From positions 31,248,001 through 31,312,000 of the forward strand of contig OX597814.1 in the NCBI GenBank assembly GCA_951406725.2: a stretch of DNA of 64,000 nt, in the 5' to 3' direction. The notes beneath the pieces are model-generated. The model saw only the letters and a program-made list of their open reading frames with translations. It was not told where the DNA came from and ran no database searches. This document shows, in pieces, positions 12,906-25,599 of this stretch; positions within the stretch are counted from its first letter, which is position 1, and each line of letters starts with the position of its first letter. Position numbers and translations under genes: made by a program. Source of the DNA: Octopus vulgaris. Lineage: Eukaryota.

Positions 12906-13327
12906 AGGTGCAGGAGTGGCTGTGTGGTAAGTAGCTTGCTTACCAACAACATGGTTCCGGGTTCAGTCCCACTGCGTGGCACCTTGGGCAAGTGGCTTCT
13001 ACTATAGCCTCGGGCCGACCAAAGCCTTGTGAGTGGATTTGGTAGACGAAAACTGAAAGAAGCCCGTCGTATATATGTATATATTTGTATAGATATGTGT
13101 GTGTGCGCTTGTGTTTTTGTGTTTGTCCCCCCAACATCGCTTGACAACCGATGCTGGTGTGTTTACGTCCCCGTAACTTAGCGGTTCGGCAAGAGAGACC
13201 GATAAAATAAAAGCTAGGCTTACAAAGAATAAGTCCTGGAGTCGATATGCTCGACTAAAGGCGGTGCTCCAGCATGGCTGCAGTCAAATGACTGAAACAA
13301 TTAAAAGAGTAAAAGTGTAAAAGAGTA
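12906..13327 (+). mobile_element. SINE family A, full length
   Basis: Complete head, internal microsatellite, body and (gtaaaaga)n tail. Confidence 0.92.
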
Positions 13328-13740
13328 TATATTCCAGTTGACATTCATTTCGCTACCTTTTAGATATCCCCATTCATACTGTTACTCTATTTGCGTTAGT
13401 CCTCTGTTATCTATGTTTTTAATCATGCAGGGTATTATAACCCATATAAATTCGAAACAGTTGGTCTGTATGTCAAAGCCTACCCTTTCATCGGGAATTT
13501 TCTGTATGTGGTAGTATTCTTATGAGATCAAAGACTTGAAACATTTGTTTATATTTGCCCCGTACTTTTGAGCAGTGGCCTGATTGTCGTTTTCCCAAAC
13601 ATGCTATTTAATTTGAGAAATGATTTTAATGATCCTTAACTATATCCTCTTTTACTTGCATTGTTATTTACCCTTATAGCTTTAATTTATTTCTAAAATT
13701 CTTCACTGTTGTTTCTACGCATCCATATTTCGTCTTCCAG

Positions 13741-13781
13741 ATGAAGTGATATTGAAACGTATTGCTGCCTGTTTACAGAAG
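13741..13781 (+). CDS. Putative host-gene exon B (xEVILKRIAACLQK)
   Basis: Long pyrimidine-rich acceptor ...tttcgtcttccag| and donor AAG|gtaatg. 41 nt, phase 1 to phase 0. Confidence 0.5.
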
Positions 13782-13954
13782 GTAATGACAATTTGATTGC
13801 TGCTGCCTTTAACACAAAAGATTGAGAATATGTACGTTAAATATAACAGTATGATTCAGGTGTTGATTGTTTGTGAGTATATTTTAAACTTGTGTTGCTT
13901 TATATGCAAAGTTTCCATTAGTAATCCTATAGCATTATATTTAGAGTAACTAAA

Positions 13955-14112
13955 TAACCGTAACTGAGCGGAGCGGCAAAAGAGACCGATAGAATAAGCA
14001 CTACGCTTACAGAGAATAAGTCCTGGGGTCGATTTGCTCGACTAAAGGCGGTGCTCCAGCATGGCTGCAGATAAATGACTGAAACAAGTAAAAGAGTAAA
14101 AGAGAGAGTAAA
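13955..14112 (+). mobile_element. SINE family A 3' fragment
   Basis: cggcaaaagagaccgatagaataag...ggcggtgctccagcatggctgcag..tgactgaaac tail. Confidence 0.85.
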
Positions 14113-14122
14113 GAGTATTGAT

Positions 14123-14342
14123 AAGGCAGTGAGCTGGCAGAATCGTTAGCGCTGTGGATGAAATGCATAGCGATATTTCGCCCGTCGCTACTTTCTGAGT
14201 TCAAATTCCGCAGAGGTCGACTTGGCTTTTTATCCTTTCAGGTCAATTAATTGAGCAGCAATGAAACAGTGGGGTCGATGTAATCGAATAGTCCACTCCC
14301 CATAAATCTAAGGCATTCTGCCTCCAGTAGAAAGGATTATTC
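14123..14342 (+). mobile_element. SINE family B inserted in the tail of SINE A, 11-bp TSD
   Basis: TSD agagtattgat at 14112-14122 and 14343-14353. Confidence 0.8.
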
Positions 14343-15414
14343 AGAGTATTGATGTGTTGCTCCCTAATGCTTATCACTCGCTTTCATTTTGTTTTTCTCT
14401 TGTGTGACATCGGGTTTCAAGTTTTAATTTTGCAGTTCATGATGAACCGATGGAAATCGTCGTGATTTCTATAAAAATCGGAATTGTAAAGTTTACATCT
14501 TTCACATTCACAATCAAATGTATAAGATATATTGATCAGTGAAAAACAAAATGAAAGTAAACAAAATCACACTACTGAGTTCCGAACAATCTCAGAGATA
14601 AAACACACATACACACACACATCTGAAAACATTGACGATAAACTTCCAGACTTATTCCAAGGCAAGTGTAATGGAAATAGATATCTACACAACAAAAGGC
14701 TCCCACCACTAAACTTTAGCGCGCTATGCATGATAGTAAAATATCACTGTGATAATATGGAATAAAAGACAGGAAAGATATGTATAATCATAAGGACATA
14801 TTCATATGATATTAAAATTTACATTGATAAAACAATGTAAACAACCCTTTTAGATTCAAATCACCAATAAATACACTAACACACAAGATAACTAATCAAT
14901 TACATAGGCTTATTAAAAGTCCATACCGAGAATTTACAGTACACGTTCATCTGGAGTAGGCAACATCTCGACCTTGGGGTAGAAAGACTGTTCGCCAAAG
15001 CTCAGGTAGCAGAATCTATAGAAACTATATTATATTATGTATGCAAAAATAGAAATAACAAAACATATAATGGGAGCGATTAATATCAAGAAGAACTAAT
15101 TAATTCTTTTGAACAGAAGTAGCTTTTTACTGTACATATGAAAAATTCAGTAAATTATATTTTAGGGATCGATGGTTACAATTGAAAAAAGTAAGATATG
15201 ATATATCATAAACATTGAATACGAGGACCACATACTCATCGTAATAGACACACTAGAAGAAGCTGACAAATAAAAAGAAATTGAGGAAACAACTCATACA
15301 TACATATCTCTATGTGTACAAGTATGTATGTATGTATGTATGTATGTATGTATGTATGTATGTATGTATGTATGTATGTATGTATGTATGTATGTATGTA
15401 TGTATGCATGTAAG

Positions 15415-15448
<34 letters not shown>

Positions 15449-15691
15449 TGTATGTATGTATGTATGTATGTATGTATGTATGTATATTTATATACATGGC
15501 CAGATAACCGAAGAGATGGTGTTGTGGATTTCCACCTCGGCATCCGAAACTCAGAGTTTTATCTTGGCTATTGAATAATTGTCACATATTTTACAGATAA
15601 ATTTCCTCTATTTACATAATATTGAGGTCTCTTTCTTTCTTTTGTTATCTTACCGTTTTTACTAATATATACACACACACATATACATACA

Positions 15692-15758
<67 letters not shown>

Positions 15759-15764
15759 ACATAT

Positions 15765-15848
15765 GGACTAAGCGGAGAAGGGGCACACACGAGGACTAAG
15801 TGGAACAGGTGCACACACAAGGTATAAGCGGAGTAGGAGCACACACGG
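15765..15848. repeat. Minisatellite, 3 x 28 bp
   Basis: ggactaagcggagaaggggcacacacga / ggactaagtggaacaggtgcacacacaa / ggtataagcggagtaggagcacacacgg. Confidence 0.8.
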
Positions 15849-16080
15849 GGACAGAAAGTGTCGCCGAAGAGGTCACAGATGTGTGACAAGATTTTCGGAC
15901 AGTTAGTGACAGTATAATTAGTGATGCACATATAAGGTCAAACAACTGACAAGCAAATCTTTGGTATTGAGCAGAATATTTGCTGTAGCTCATCTTTTAT
16001 ACCAAGACAAAACAATGTACATGATAACACTTCCAATCAGTTAAGATGAGATGTCATGAGAGCCACTGCCTGGTACTGTA

Positions 16081-16214
<134 letters not shown>

Positions 16215-16224
16215 ATAGTAGTAT

Positions 16225-17800
16225 TCATTCGTAACACAGTGTAGGTATAAATGCACCGGAGTCTTTATTCATCTGTCAATTCACATCAAGGATTTCAGAC
16301 AGATAATACTTTCCTTAAGTTCTGCGTTGTGCCCAGTAAAGCCGCTTTTTGCAAGATATCAATCTTACATGGGATTTCCAGTTGACTTAAGAAGTTTTGA
16401 AGTTTCAATGAGATTGAGCCCAACGTACCAATCACCACTGGTATCACTTTTACATTACCCTCTCGCATTCCATACAGTTTTGCCATTTCCACTTTCAATT
16501 CACAGTGCTTGGTGATTTATCAGTCACTTTACTCACAACATTCATGTCATTAAGTATGACTACATCAATGATCTGACAGTATTTGTCTCTCTTATTCAAT
16601 ATGAGAATATCCGGTCGACAGTGTTCGATTACATGATTCGTCTGAAAATCATAGTCCCAGAGTATCGTTACTTTTCCATCCTCCTGCATAACTTTAGTTG
16701 TTACGTGCTCATGCCTGTTCTATGTTACTTCATATTGGTATTTGCAGCATAAGAGCCAATGGAGATAGCTGCAAGTGGAGGCACCAGTATACTTTTTGAA
16801 CAAGACTTTCACATCCACTTATAAGTGGGTCACGTTTTCCATACTCGTTCCACAGAGTCTGCATTTCTGGGTGTCATAAGTTTTATATATGTTATACTTC
16901 ACTGAATTGGTAGCAAGATCCTGGTCTTGTGCAGCAATTATCAGGCTTTCGGTGGTACGCTTCAAATGATCTCGCTGAAGCTACGATTACGATGCTGGAT
17001 TATGCTTAACGTCTTATGTATTCCTTTCAAACTGCCCATGCATTCTCATTTCAAGAAGGTCTTTTCTCTTCTCCTCATCTCTTTGGTTAAACTCTTCCTT
17101 GCCCATCATTTCATCTGCATTCACACCCATATCTTTCGCAGAATATTGCAGTAGGTCTTCATCACTATTTATCAAATACTCGGCTGGCATTCTTACTTCA
17201 CTCCTTATGCTATGGTTTATACTAAGTAGTCTCCTGCCACCATTCTTTCTTTTCATATACGTTTGCTTTAGGGTGTAGTGCTCCATGCAGTGTTATCCAG
17301 TTTCTCGTCCTTCTATGCTGTGTTGATATTTTCTCCTTTGTCCGTTTGAGGGTGGATGCACTATATCTGACCACCGCATTCAGCTTGGAGTTTTGGCATT
17401 CAGGTTGGAGTTCAACACCATCTTCACCCTTTTTTGATACGCTTCGCTGACCTTGACTTTCATTCAGCTCCAAGATCTCTAAATATCTATACCCACTACC
17501 GTCGGGTTCACCCATGGTCTTTCCTGATGGCAACCGCAATCCTATGCAGGATGCTTTCTTCTCTGTTTTCATATTAAGAACTAAGCTTTTGGTAATCCCA
17601 AATTCCATACTGCTGTCCCTTCCACACTTCTGGACTGTTTTCGTTAAGAAATCCATCTGTTATTCAGATTTCTTAAACAATTTCATGTCATCCATAAACA
17701 GAAGGTGGTTCAATGATGGGCATTTTTTCCCACATCGGTAACCCATCTTAACTTTCCTGAGTTTCATTACTATGGATATTTGTGGAATTGCAAATAGCAT
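16225..17800 (-). mobile_element. R4/Dong-like non-LTR retrotransposon, 5'-truncated, degenerate
   Basis: Frame-broken motifs: RT NHLLFMDDMKLF, a CCHC knuckle (CRLCG..ENVTH..SGC) and restriction-like endonuclease RPDI...KVIPVVIGTLG...LQKAALLGT. The 3' end lies beside (TAC)n/(TAA)n. Confidence 0.85.
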
Positions 17801-17822
17801 GCATGCCATCAAAGTGACACTA

Positions 17823-18054
17823 GGGTAAAATATACGAAACCCTGTATACCCATCATGACTACCCATCTGATTAGAGTACGCCAGGCACATGCAACACATA
17901 TTCTTCTTCTTCTTCTTCTTCTTCTTCTTCTTCTTCTTCTTCTTCTTCTTCTTCTTCTTCTTCTTCTTTTTCTTTTTCTTCTTCTTCTTCTTCTTCTTCT
18001 TCTTCTTCTTCTTCTTCTTCTTCTTCTTCTTCTTCTTCTTCTTCTTCTTCTTCT
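17823..18054 (+). repeat. ~80-bp module followed by a long (TTC)n tract
   Basis: The same module precedes (TTC)n at 21039-21224. Confidence 0.85.
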
Positions 18055-18134
18055 CATTATTATTATGGAGGTGCAATGGCCCAGCTGTAATGGCAGCGGA
18101 CACGCATACATACATACAAACAAAAATACCCCGT

Positions 18135-18290
18135 TGTTGATGTTGAAATTCCACTGAAGGAGCCTCGGATCTAGGTTAGGAAAATGCTCTTTCTCTATCG
18201 GCAAGAAATCTTGAAACAAAACTAAACAATGGCATACATACATACATACATACATACATACATACATACATACATACATACATACATTCA
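18135..18290 (+). mobile_element. 3' UTR fragment of the LINE family at 33890, with (CATA)n tail
   Basis: gatctaggttag..ctctttctctatcggcaagaaatcttgaaac resembles the minus-strand 3' end at 33910-33965. Confidence 0.55.
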
Positions 18291-19013
18291 TACACATATT
18301 TGAGTAAGTATATATGTGTGAGTGTGTTTGTGTAATTGTGTGTGCGTGTGTGTGTGTGTGTCTGTGCGTGCATATATGTGTGCATCACATTTATATTGTG
18401 CCTCAGTATTCTATCATCGGCGATCCTACGTTTTTTTGTTTGTTTTTTTTTTTACGAAAAGCACGACATTCCGGAGAATGATAAGCAGTTCTTCAGATAG
18501 AGACAAGAAAAGAATTATTCCACTTAGTATTATGAGAGAAATCATACAGAAATTTCTTTTCCGTTAAGTTTGTGCCCAGCACTAAATATTTAAACTTCGT
18601 GTTACAGGGGACAGAAATCTGATCCAAATGCCGTGGCATAAATTTCTCTACACTCCTTCCTGCCAGAACGAAATTAAGTTGTACGCTGCTGATCTTAAAC
18701 AACTAGAAATACTGCAGCTGAAAATACACGGATTAACCAGAAAAATAGCCATGAAATTTTAAAAAAAAATTAGCTTTGAGAAAGACATGGGAATTAGTTC
18801 AGTACGCTAGTATGATGTTAGAAAGAGAAAAGGAAGAATGATATAAAACAGACTTAATGATAATTAAGAATCAATCAACTCAATAGTTTATAACAGCCAC
18901 TTAAACAGACAAGAATTGTTATAAAATCTTAAAATAGATTAATCCAGAAAAGAAAGCGCTTCCTAATCAAAGCATAGGTCCTTAATAGCCGGTAACCTAT
19001 CCTTAGAGAAAAT

Positions 19014-19318
19014 GTGGAGGGACATGGCCTAGTGGTTAGAGTAGCGGACTCACGGTCGAGGGATCGCGGGTACGAATCTCAGACCGGGCGATGTTTGTGT
19101 TTATGAGCGAAACACCTAAGCTCCACTCGGCTCCGGCAGAAGGTAATAGCGAACTTCTGCTGACTCTTTCGCCACAGCTTTCCCTCACTCTTTCCTCCTG
19201 CATCTTGCAGCTCATCTGCAACGGACCGGCGTCCCGTCCAGGTGGGGAACCCATACGCCAAGGAAACCGGGAAACCGGCCCTTATGAGCCAGGCATGGCT
19301 CGAGAAGGAACAAAGCAA
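19014..19318 (+). mobile_element. SINE family C (tRNA-derived, resembles octopus OR-type SINEs), tail variant 1
   Basis: A-box tggcctagtggttag and B-box-like gggtacgaatctc. Head shared with 51253(-) and 60453. Confidence 0.85.
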
Positions 19319-19408
19319 AAGCTTAGAGAAAATAGTGAGGATATGCTCAAAAAGGTTTTTTTGAAATACTGAATACAGGATACAGGAAAATCGCTCTTAA
19401 AGACGTAA

Positions 19409-19600
19409 GACGGCGAGTTGGCAGAATCGTTAACGAGCCGGACAAAATGCATCGCAGCATTCCGACCGTCTTTACTTTCTGAGTTCAAATTTCACTGAAG
19501 TTGACAATGCCTTCATCTTTCTGGGGGTCTATAAACTAATTACCAGCTGAGTACTAGTCTCCTAAACTCTCCGGCCTTGTGCCAAAATTTGGAACCAATA
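19409..19600 (+). mobile_element. Degenerate SINE family B
   Basis: gacggcgagttggcagaatcgtta...gagttcaaatt head. Confidence 0.75.
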
Positions 19601-19631
19601 TAAATATGGCTCTTAACAAAATAATAACCTT

Positions 19632-19673
<42 letters not shown>

Positions 19674-20358
19674 TGATGATGATGATGATGATGACGACGA
19701 TTTTGTTGTCGATAACGATAGCGATGATATTGTCGATGATGACAATAACAAGCAGCAACGAGGCAAGTGAGAGCTCTATGACGAATTCAACGTCAAAAAT
19801 AAGAAACAGCAATTAACAAACAAACAAATAACTAAATAAATAAAGCATTGCAAAAAAAAAAAATCTAAACAAGAAAAATAGGAAATTTGTCTTGGCAATT
19901 TAAGCGAAAAAGTTACAAAAAAACGCCCCCAAAAAACAAAAAATACTGCCAACAAGAAAGTTTAATTTGCAAAATCACCGTTTGTGATCTCAATATTGCT
20001 TAAACATACACCACGTGCTTCAGAAGAAATTATGAGAAAATCTTAAAATTTTATTAACTGAAACGTTTGCAGTTAATTTCTTGTTAATTTGATTGCAAGC
20101 TGTTTACTTGCTGTGGAATAGTTTGAACATTTGCTGTGTATACGAATATCGAAGTTCGTTGTAACTGTTCTTACTGCAGCTTAATTCTCAGCATCTTTGG
20201 AATCTGGAAATAAACATGAACCTATGTGGCTATGGTACTTAAACAAATGGATCTACAAAATGGTGCAGAATCTCAACATATGTCACTAATTCAAAGCATT
20301 AACAGCACAAATAGATGAGTTCGATACCGATGCGCCGAATTTGATTATTTAGATGTTA

Positions 20359-20681
20359 CTAGCAGTATCGCCCTGCGTTGCTCGGGTTTGTAAGGGAAAT
20401 AACTATATAAGCATTTTTAGAGACATACTTCCCTTATAGATGCCAATTCGGGCTTTCTTAGCCATTTCTTATGCATTAAAATGGAATAAAAAATGATGTT
20501 AAATTATTTTTAAAATCGTAGACTCATCGTAGACGCGCGCTAATACTCAGACGGGCTCGATATGAATCACGACTATAAGATACCCGAATTTGGTTAAACT
20601 GCACCGCAAAATGTGGGAGTAGTTAGGAATCTAAATCGAAGGGGACAGACACTCACACAACTACAGTTTTATATATATAGA
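20359..20681 (-). mobile_element. Non-autonomous Helitron
   Basis: The minus strand begins A|TCTATATATAT and ends cccgagcaacgcagggcgatactgCTAG|T: subterminal hairpin, CTAG end, AT target and no TSD. Confidence 0.8.
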
Positions 20682-21038
20682 TATTCACGCTTAGCTATGA
20701 AAGAAATTACTTTATTAATTTGGACGAAAACTTAAGCATTATTTGTTTATACTGGGGCACCGAGTTGAAGGGTTTCGTCGAATAAGCAGACTTCAGTACT
20801 TATTTAAAGTCTGGAACTTATTGTACTGGTATGTTTGCCGAACCGCTATATTATGGGGACGTAAACAAACCAAAGCCACTAGTCAATCGGCGGCACGTAG
20901 GTGGAATTGGACAAACACAATCACAAACTCTCTCACATAGCTATATACATACATAAATCTCTGCACCACATCTGACCAGATGATAAATCGGACAAAGAAC
21001 ATCGATTAGACGGATATAACATATGAATGCGTATATAT

Positions 21039-21224
21039 GTAAAATATACGAAGCCCTGTATACCCATCATGACTACCCATCGGATAAGAGTACGCCAGGC
21101 ACATGCAACACATATTTTTTTTCTTCTTCTTCTTCTTCTTCTTCTTCTTCTTCTTCTTCTTCTTCTTCTTCTTCTTCTTCTTCTTCTTCTTCTTCTTCTT
21201 CTTCTTCTTCTTCTTCTTCTTCTT
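21039..21224 (+). repeat. Second copy of the ~80-bp module plus (TTC)n
   Basis: gtaaaatatacgaagccctgtatacccatcatgactacccatcggataagagtacgccaggcacatgcaacacata, then (TTC)n. Confidence 0.85.
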
Positions 21225-21668
21225 TCCATCTGTGTGGGGGTTCGAACCGAACTAGACGACAAGCAACTTAACATGACCTTCTGTCTAGCTTTGTTCGACA
21301 CTGACCGACGGCATAGACATGTCCATCTAGGTGACTAGCTCTAAGCTCATCAACTTATCCTAGTTAATTTTTGCCCTGATCTAAATCTCCATATTGCTAT
21401 TTCTTTACAATGTTTTAGCGATTCATTTCTAATCTCCCACTTCACAGCAGCCTGGCTCAGTTGTTGAACATTGCCCCATCAAATGCTGCTTAAACATGTA
21501 ATAATCACACTGTAGGAATTCGAAAGATACTTATTTACAAACATGACTTCAAGTCTAGTCTCATTGTTGTACACCTTTTGGTACACGGAAGGCACACGGA
21601 AGACTGCCGTGCATGTGTATACACACACACAATCCTCTCTCTCACACGCATATGTATACATAAGTATA

Positions 21669-21707
<39 letters not shown>

Positions 21708-21715
<8 letters not shown>

Positions 21716-21951
21716 GTTGTATACTGTCAATTTAACAGGAACGAGACAGTAGGTGGGTACACCACCGCTGTATAGCCCAAGGAATCATCGACGCCTCCTG
21801 ATGGCTTTGACACATTTTTCCTGTGTCAAGGACACAGGAAAAATGTGTCAAAGCCATCAGGAGGCGTCGATGCTTCCTAGGGCTATACTGCGGTGGTGTA
21901 CCCCCCCTACTGTCACGTTCGTGTTAGATTGACAGTATACAACCATTCTAT
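21708..21951. repeat. 244-bp near-perfect palindrome with a 3-nt loop, inside (TA)n
   Basis: Arms 21708-21827 and 21831-21951, centre cctgtgtc-aag-gacacagg. Confidence 0.95.
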
Positions 21952-22000
21952 CGCCCCACCACCGTACATGTTTCTACGAGAGATTTAGAAATTTAGTATT

Positions 22001-22059
<59 letters not shown>

Positions 22060-22853
22060 CATATATATAAGATTCGTCATGATGGATCGCTAGCCACTAC
22101 ACACATTTTTTTCTCTCCCTATGCATACATGTATGTATGTATGTATGTATGTATGTATGTATGTATGTATGTATGTATGTATGTATGTATGTATGTATGT
22201 ATGTATGTATGTATGCATGTGTAGGTACGTACATAAGTATGTATTTATATGATGTACACTGATTCATTCGAATAGAAATATCTATATTTAAACAAGCGAC
22301 CACTTTGAATTTGGCATGGTTGATAAATGTAGCAGCCAAGTGCTAGGATCTACATAATAAAGTAAAATCCACGGAGGCATTGGCACTGCATTGCCGCAGT
22401 CTAGAAGCTGAAGTCAATAATAAAAATATATGAAAGAAATGCAAGATACGAGAGTGAGATATGGTAGGGGTGATGTGTACAGGGAAAATTGGTGCACAAG
22501 GTTGAGACGCTTGTTGGTAGCCATCTTGATAGTTTGAAAGTGCAGAAGACATAGCTGTTTTGATAATAAAAAGGCACATATTGAAAATAGCATGTCTGTG
22601 AGCAAGTTGTTAAAATCTGCTGGTAATAGTGAAATTTCTGGAAATCAGTCGAATAACATTCCGCTTAGAGATAAACACCATCTTTTATATTATTTATATT
22701 CTCATTTTTCGTACGCAGATCCACATAGATGTTCGAGACACGCACTCAAAATATACACACACATACAAAGACATACATTCACATACATATACTTAGAGAC
22801 ATATACTTATATATATGTACATATATATATATATATATGTATGTATGTATGAG

Positions 22854-22916
<63 letters not shown>

Positions 22917-23096
22917 AAACATGTTGTTTTTTCCTTTATCTCTCTCTCTCTCTCTCATTCACCAGTCCTCAGTCTCTTTCCTTCTCTCTTTATCACTCTG
23001 AGGATGATTCTAATTCGGTATTGTATATCGTATATCGCTCTGCTAGATTTTATCTAGATCTCTCATTAATCGCACTCCTAATTCCCCATCCAATTC

Positions 23097-23174
<78 letters not shown>

Positions 23175-23609
23175 CTCTTCTTCTTCTTAATCTTTCCTAT
23201 TTCTATTTATGTTAACTATTGATTGTTTCCATGTCTTTCTTTTCTAATCTAAATACCATTAGTCTAAAACCAACCCTTTACTACAATTTTCCACTTGACC
23301 AGTAGCCTTCTACATCAGTGCGCTCTACTGGGCCGTTCAGACAAAACTGACTGTACCAATATTCTAGCCGACGGCATTTCTGTGGACGAAAAGACAGAGA
23401 AGCAATGACATTCTATGGATGAATAAACGGACAATTATCAGACTTTTTCTTAGCGAAATAATACTTGAGAGTTCATATTCTTGTCATTAACGTTAGTCAA
23501 TATGCCCATCCTTTCTTTTCAATAATAAAGGATTACGCAGACCACACTCACATGTACAGATACACATATACATATGAACACGTATCTATCTACCTATCTA
23601 TTTATCTAA

Positions 23610-23641
<32 letters not shown>

Positions 23642-23720
23642 TTATCTACCTATCTATATATCTATCTATTTATCTATCTTTCTATCTACCTATCTGTCTT
23701 TCTATCTATCTTTCTATGTA

Positions 23721-23759
<39 letters not shown>

Positions 23760-23764
23760 ACATA

Positions 23765-23815
<51 letters not shown>

Positions 23816-24156
23816 ATTTATGTATACATATTTATATATGTATGTATGTATATATATATATATATACATGCATACATATATATATATATCTGTATAAACA
23901 TAGATGTGAGTGTGTGTGTAAGGGTGTAAAATCGTTTTAATGAAGAAAGTCAACAAATACACTCAATAAAGTTGGTTTTACTACAAGTTTAAGTTTCTCT
24001 CCCTCTCTGCTGGGAGTTCCTCGCTTCTTGAAATAATTGAGAGCGACTTACAAATACACACACTCAAACACACACATACATATACACACACAAACATACA
24101 CACATACACGCGTGCCGCGTAAATACGCACACATACATATGAACGTGCCTTATATG

Positions 24157-24240
24157 TACGCTTTGAAGACATTAGTTTTCGTCCGATCGCCGAAGTGAAG
24201 CATTGTGGAGCTTAGTTAGTGCTCAGATGGTTGTTGTAAG
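24157..24240 (+). pseudogene. Second, more degenerate 5S rRNA fragment
   Basis: gttttcgtccgatcgccgaagtgaagca..gttagtgctcagatgg matches the 5S internal control region. Confidence 0.65.
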
Positions 24241-24361
24241 CAAAGTTTTTAGATTTTCTTTTGAAAGCGGTACCCAGCATGACCTCTTTCCATTAAATGG
24301 ATCGAGGAAAAAAGTAAAAGAGTTATGTATATATGCATATCAACATGTGTTTGCTGGTACA

Positions 24362-24399
<38 letters not shown>

Positions 24400-25257
24400 C
24401 ACACACCCGTATGTACGTACATATATCGCAGGTGCAGTATTTATTCCCACTGCGTGGTACCAAGGCCAAGTGTTTGCTACTGCAGCCTCGGGCCTACGGC
24501 CAACCAAAATTTTCTGGGCTAAAACTGGAAGAAGCCCGTTTCACGTACATGCACCATCCATAGATATATACTTCCGAAGACAGAAAAAAATTATAGCGCA
24601 TGAAATTTTCATCGTGATCTTCAGTAGGCTGACACCACTCGGATTAGACTAGAAGAAAATCTCAGTTAAATGCCGGTCTGTGCTGGAATATTAAATGAAA
24701 CTGGCTAATGTGGGATCTCTGTTGTTAAGTATGTTTGTGATTGTCTTGCTGCAACGGCATCGATGTCGTTAATAGTTGAAATAAAAACTAAGTGGGTGAA
24801 TGCATAATACTTTGCTGCTCCAATGGTTGTACGGGTTTATCAACGATTTTATAGATTGTGGGTTTCTATTTTGTGCTACTTAACCCAAAGTCTATGTGGG
24901 AGTATGTGGTTTAGAAATTGTTTTGCAACCATGAGTCTGGGATCGACCTCATTGCACATCACATAGAGTAAACATTCTTTAATTCTGTATATGGAAACTG
25001 ACATATTTTGCATTATTAATCCAAGGCAACTATCGTATTGGTTGTAGGATTATTTTTTCTCAGATGGGAAAATTAATACCAGTTATTTAATAGGAATTAC
25101 TCTAATGGCCCGTATAATACCGAAAGTAAATTAGAGGAAGATTACATATCTGGTACTTGGTTGGAACTTGGTTATACACAGATTTCCTTGGAATACCAAA
25201 TATTGGTCATTCTCATTTTATCTCAACCAAAATATCAATATTCAAACATATATACGG

Positions 25258-25435
25258 ATAGTTGGCAGAATTGTTAACATACTCGACCAAATGTTCAGCA
25301 GTATTTCGTCCGTCTTAACGTTCTGAGTCCAAATTCTTCCAAGGTCAAACTTGCCTTTCATTCCTTCGAGGTCGATAAAATAATTACCAGTTGAGCACTT
25401 ACTGGTCCTGTGCCAAGATTTGACACCAATATTTG
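25258..25435 (+). mobile_element. Degenerate SINE family B
   Basis: agttggcagaattgtta...gcctttcattccttcgaggtcgataaaataattaccag. Confidence 0.75.
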
Positions 25436-25469
25436 AACACACACACATAGATATATAGATATACATACA

Positions 25470-25504
<35 letters not shown>

Positions 25505-25599
25505 GCATGTACGTATCTCTATTTATATATATATACACACATACATATACATATATATACATGTATACACACACGCACATATATATATATATATATATA

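Noticed and set aside
22343-22605. Minus-strand non-repetitive ORFs with a plausible acceptor
   Set aside because: No motif, no partner exon and no recognisable family.
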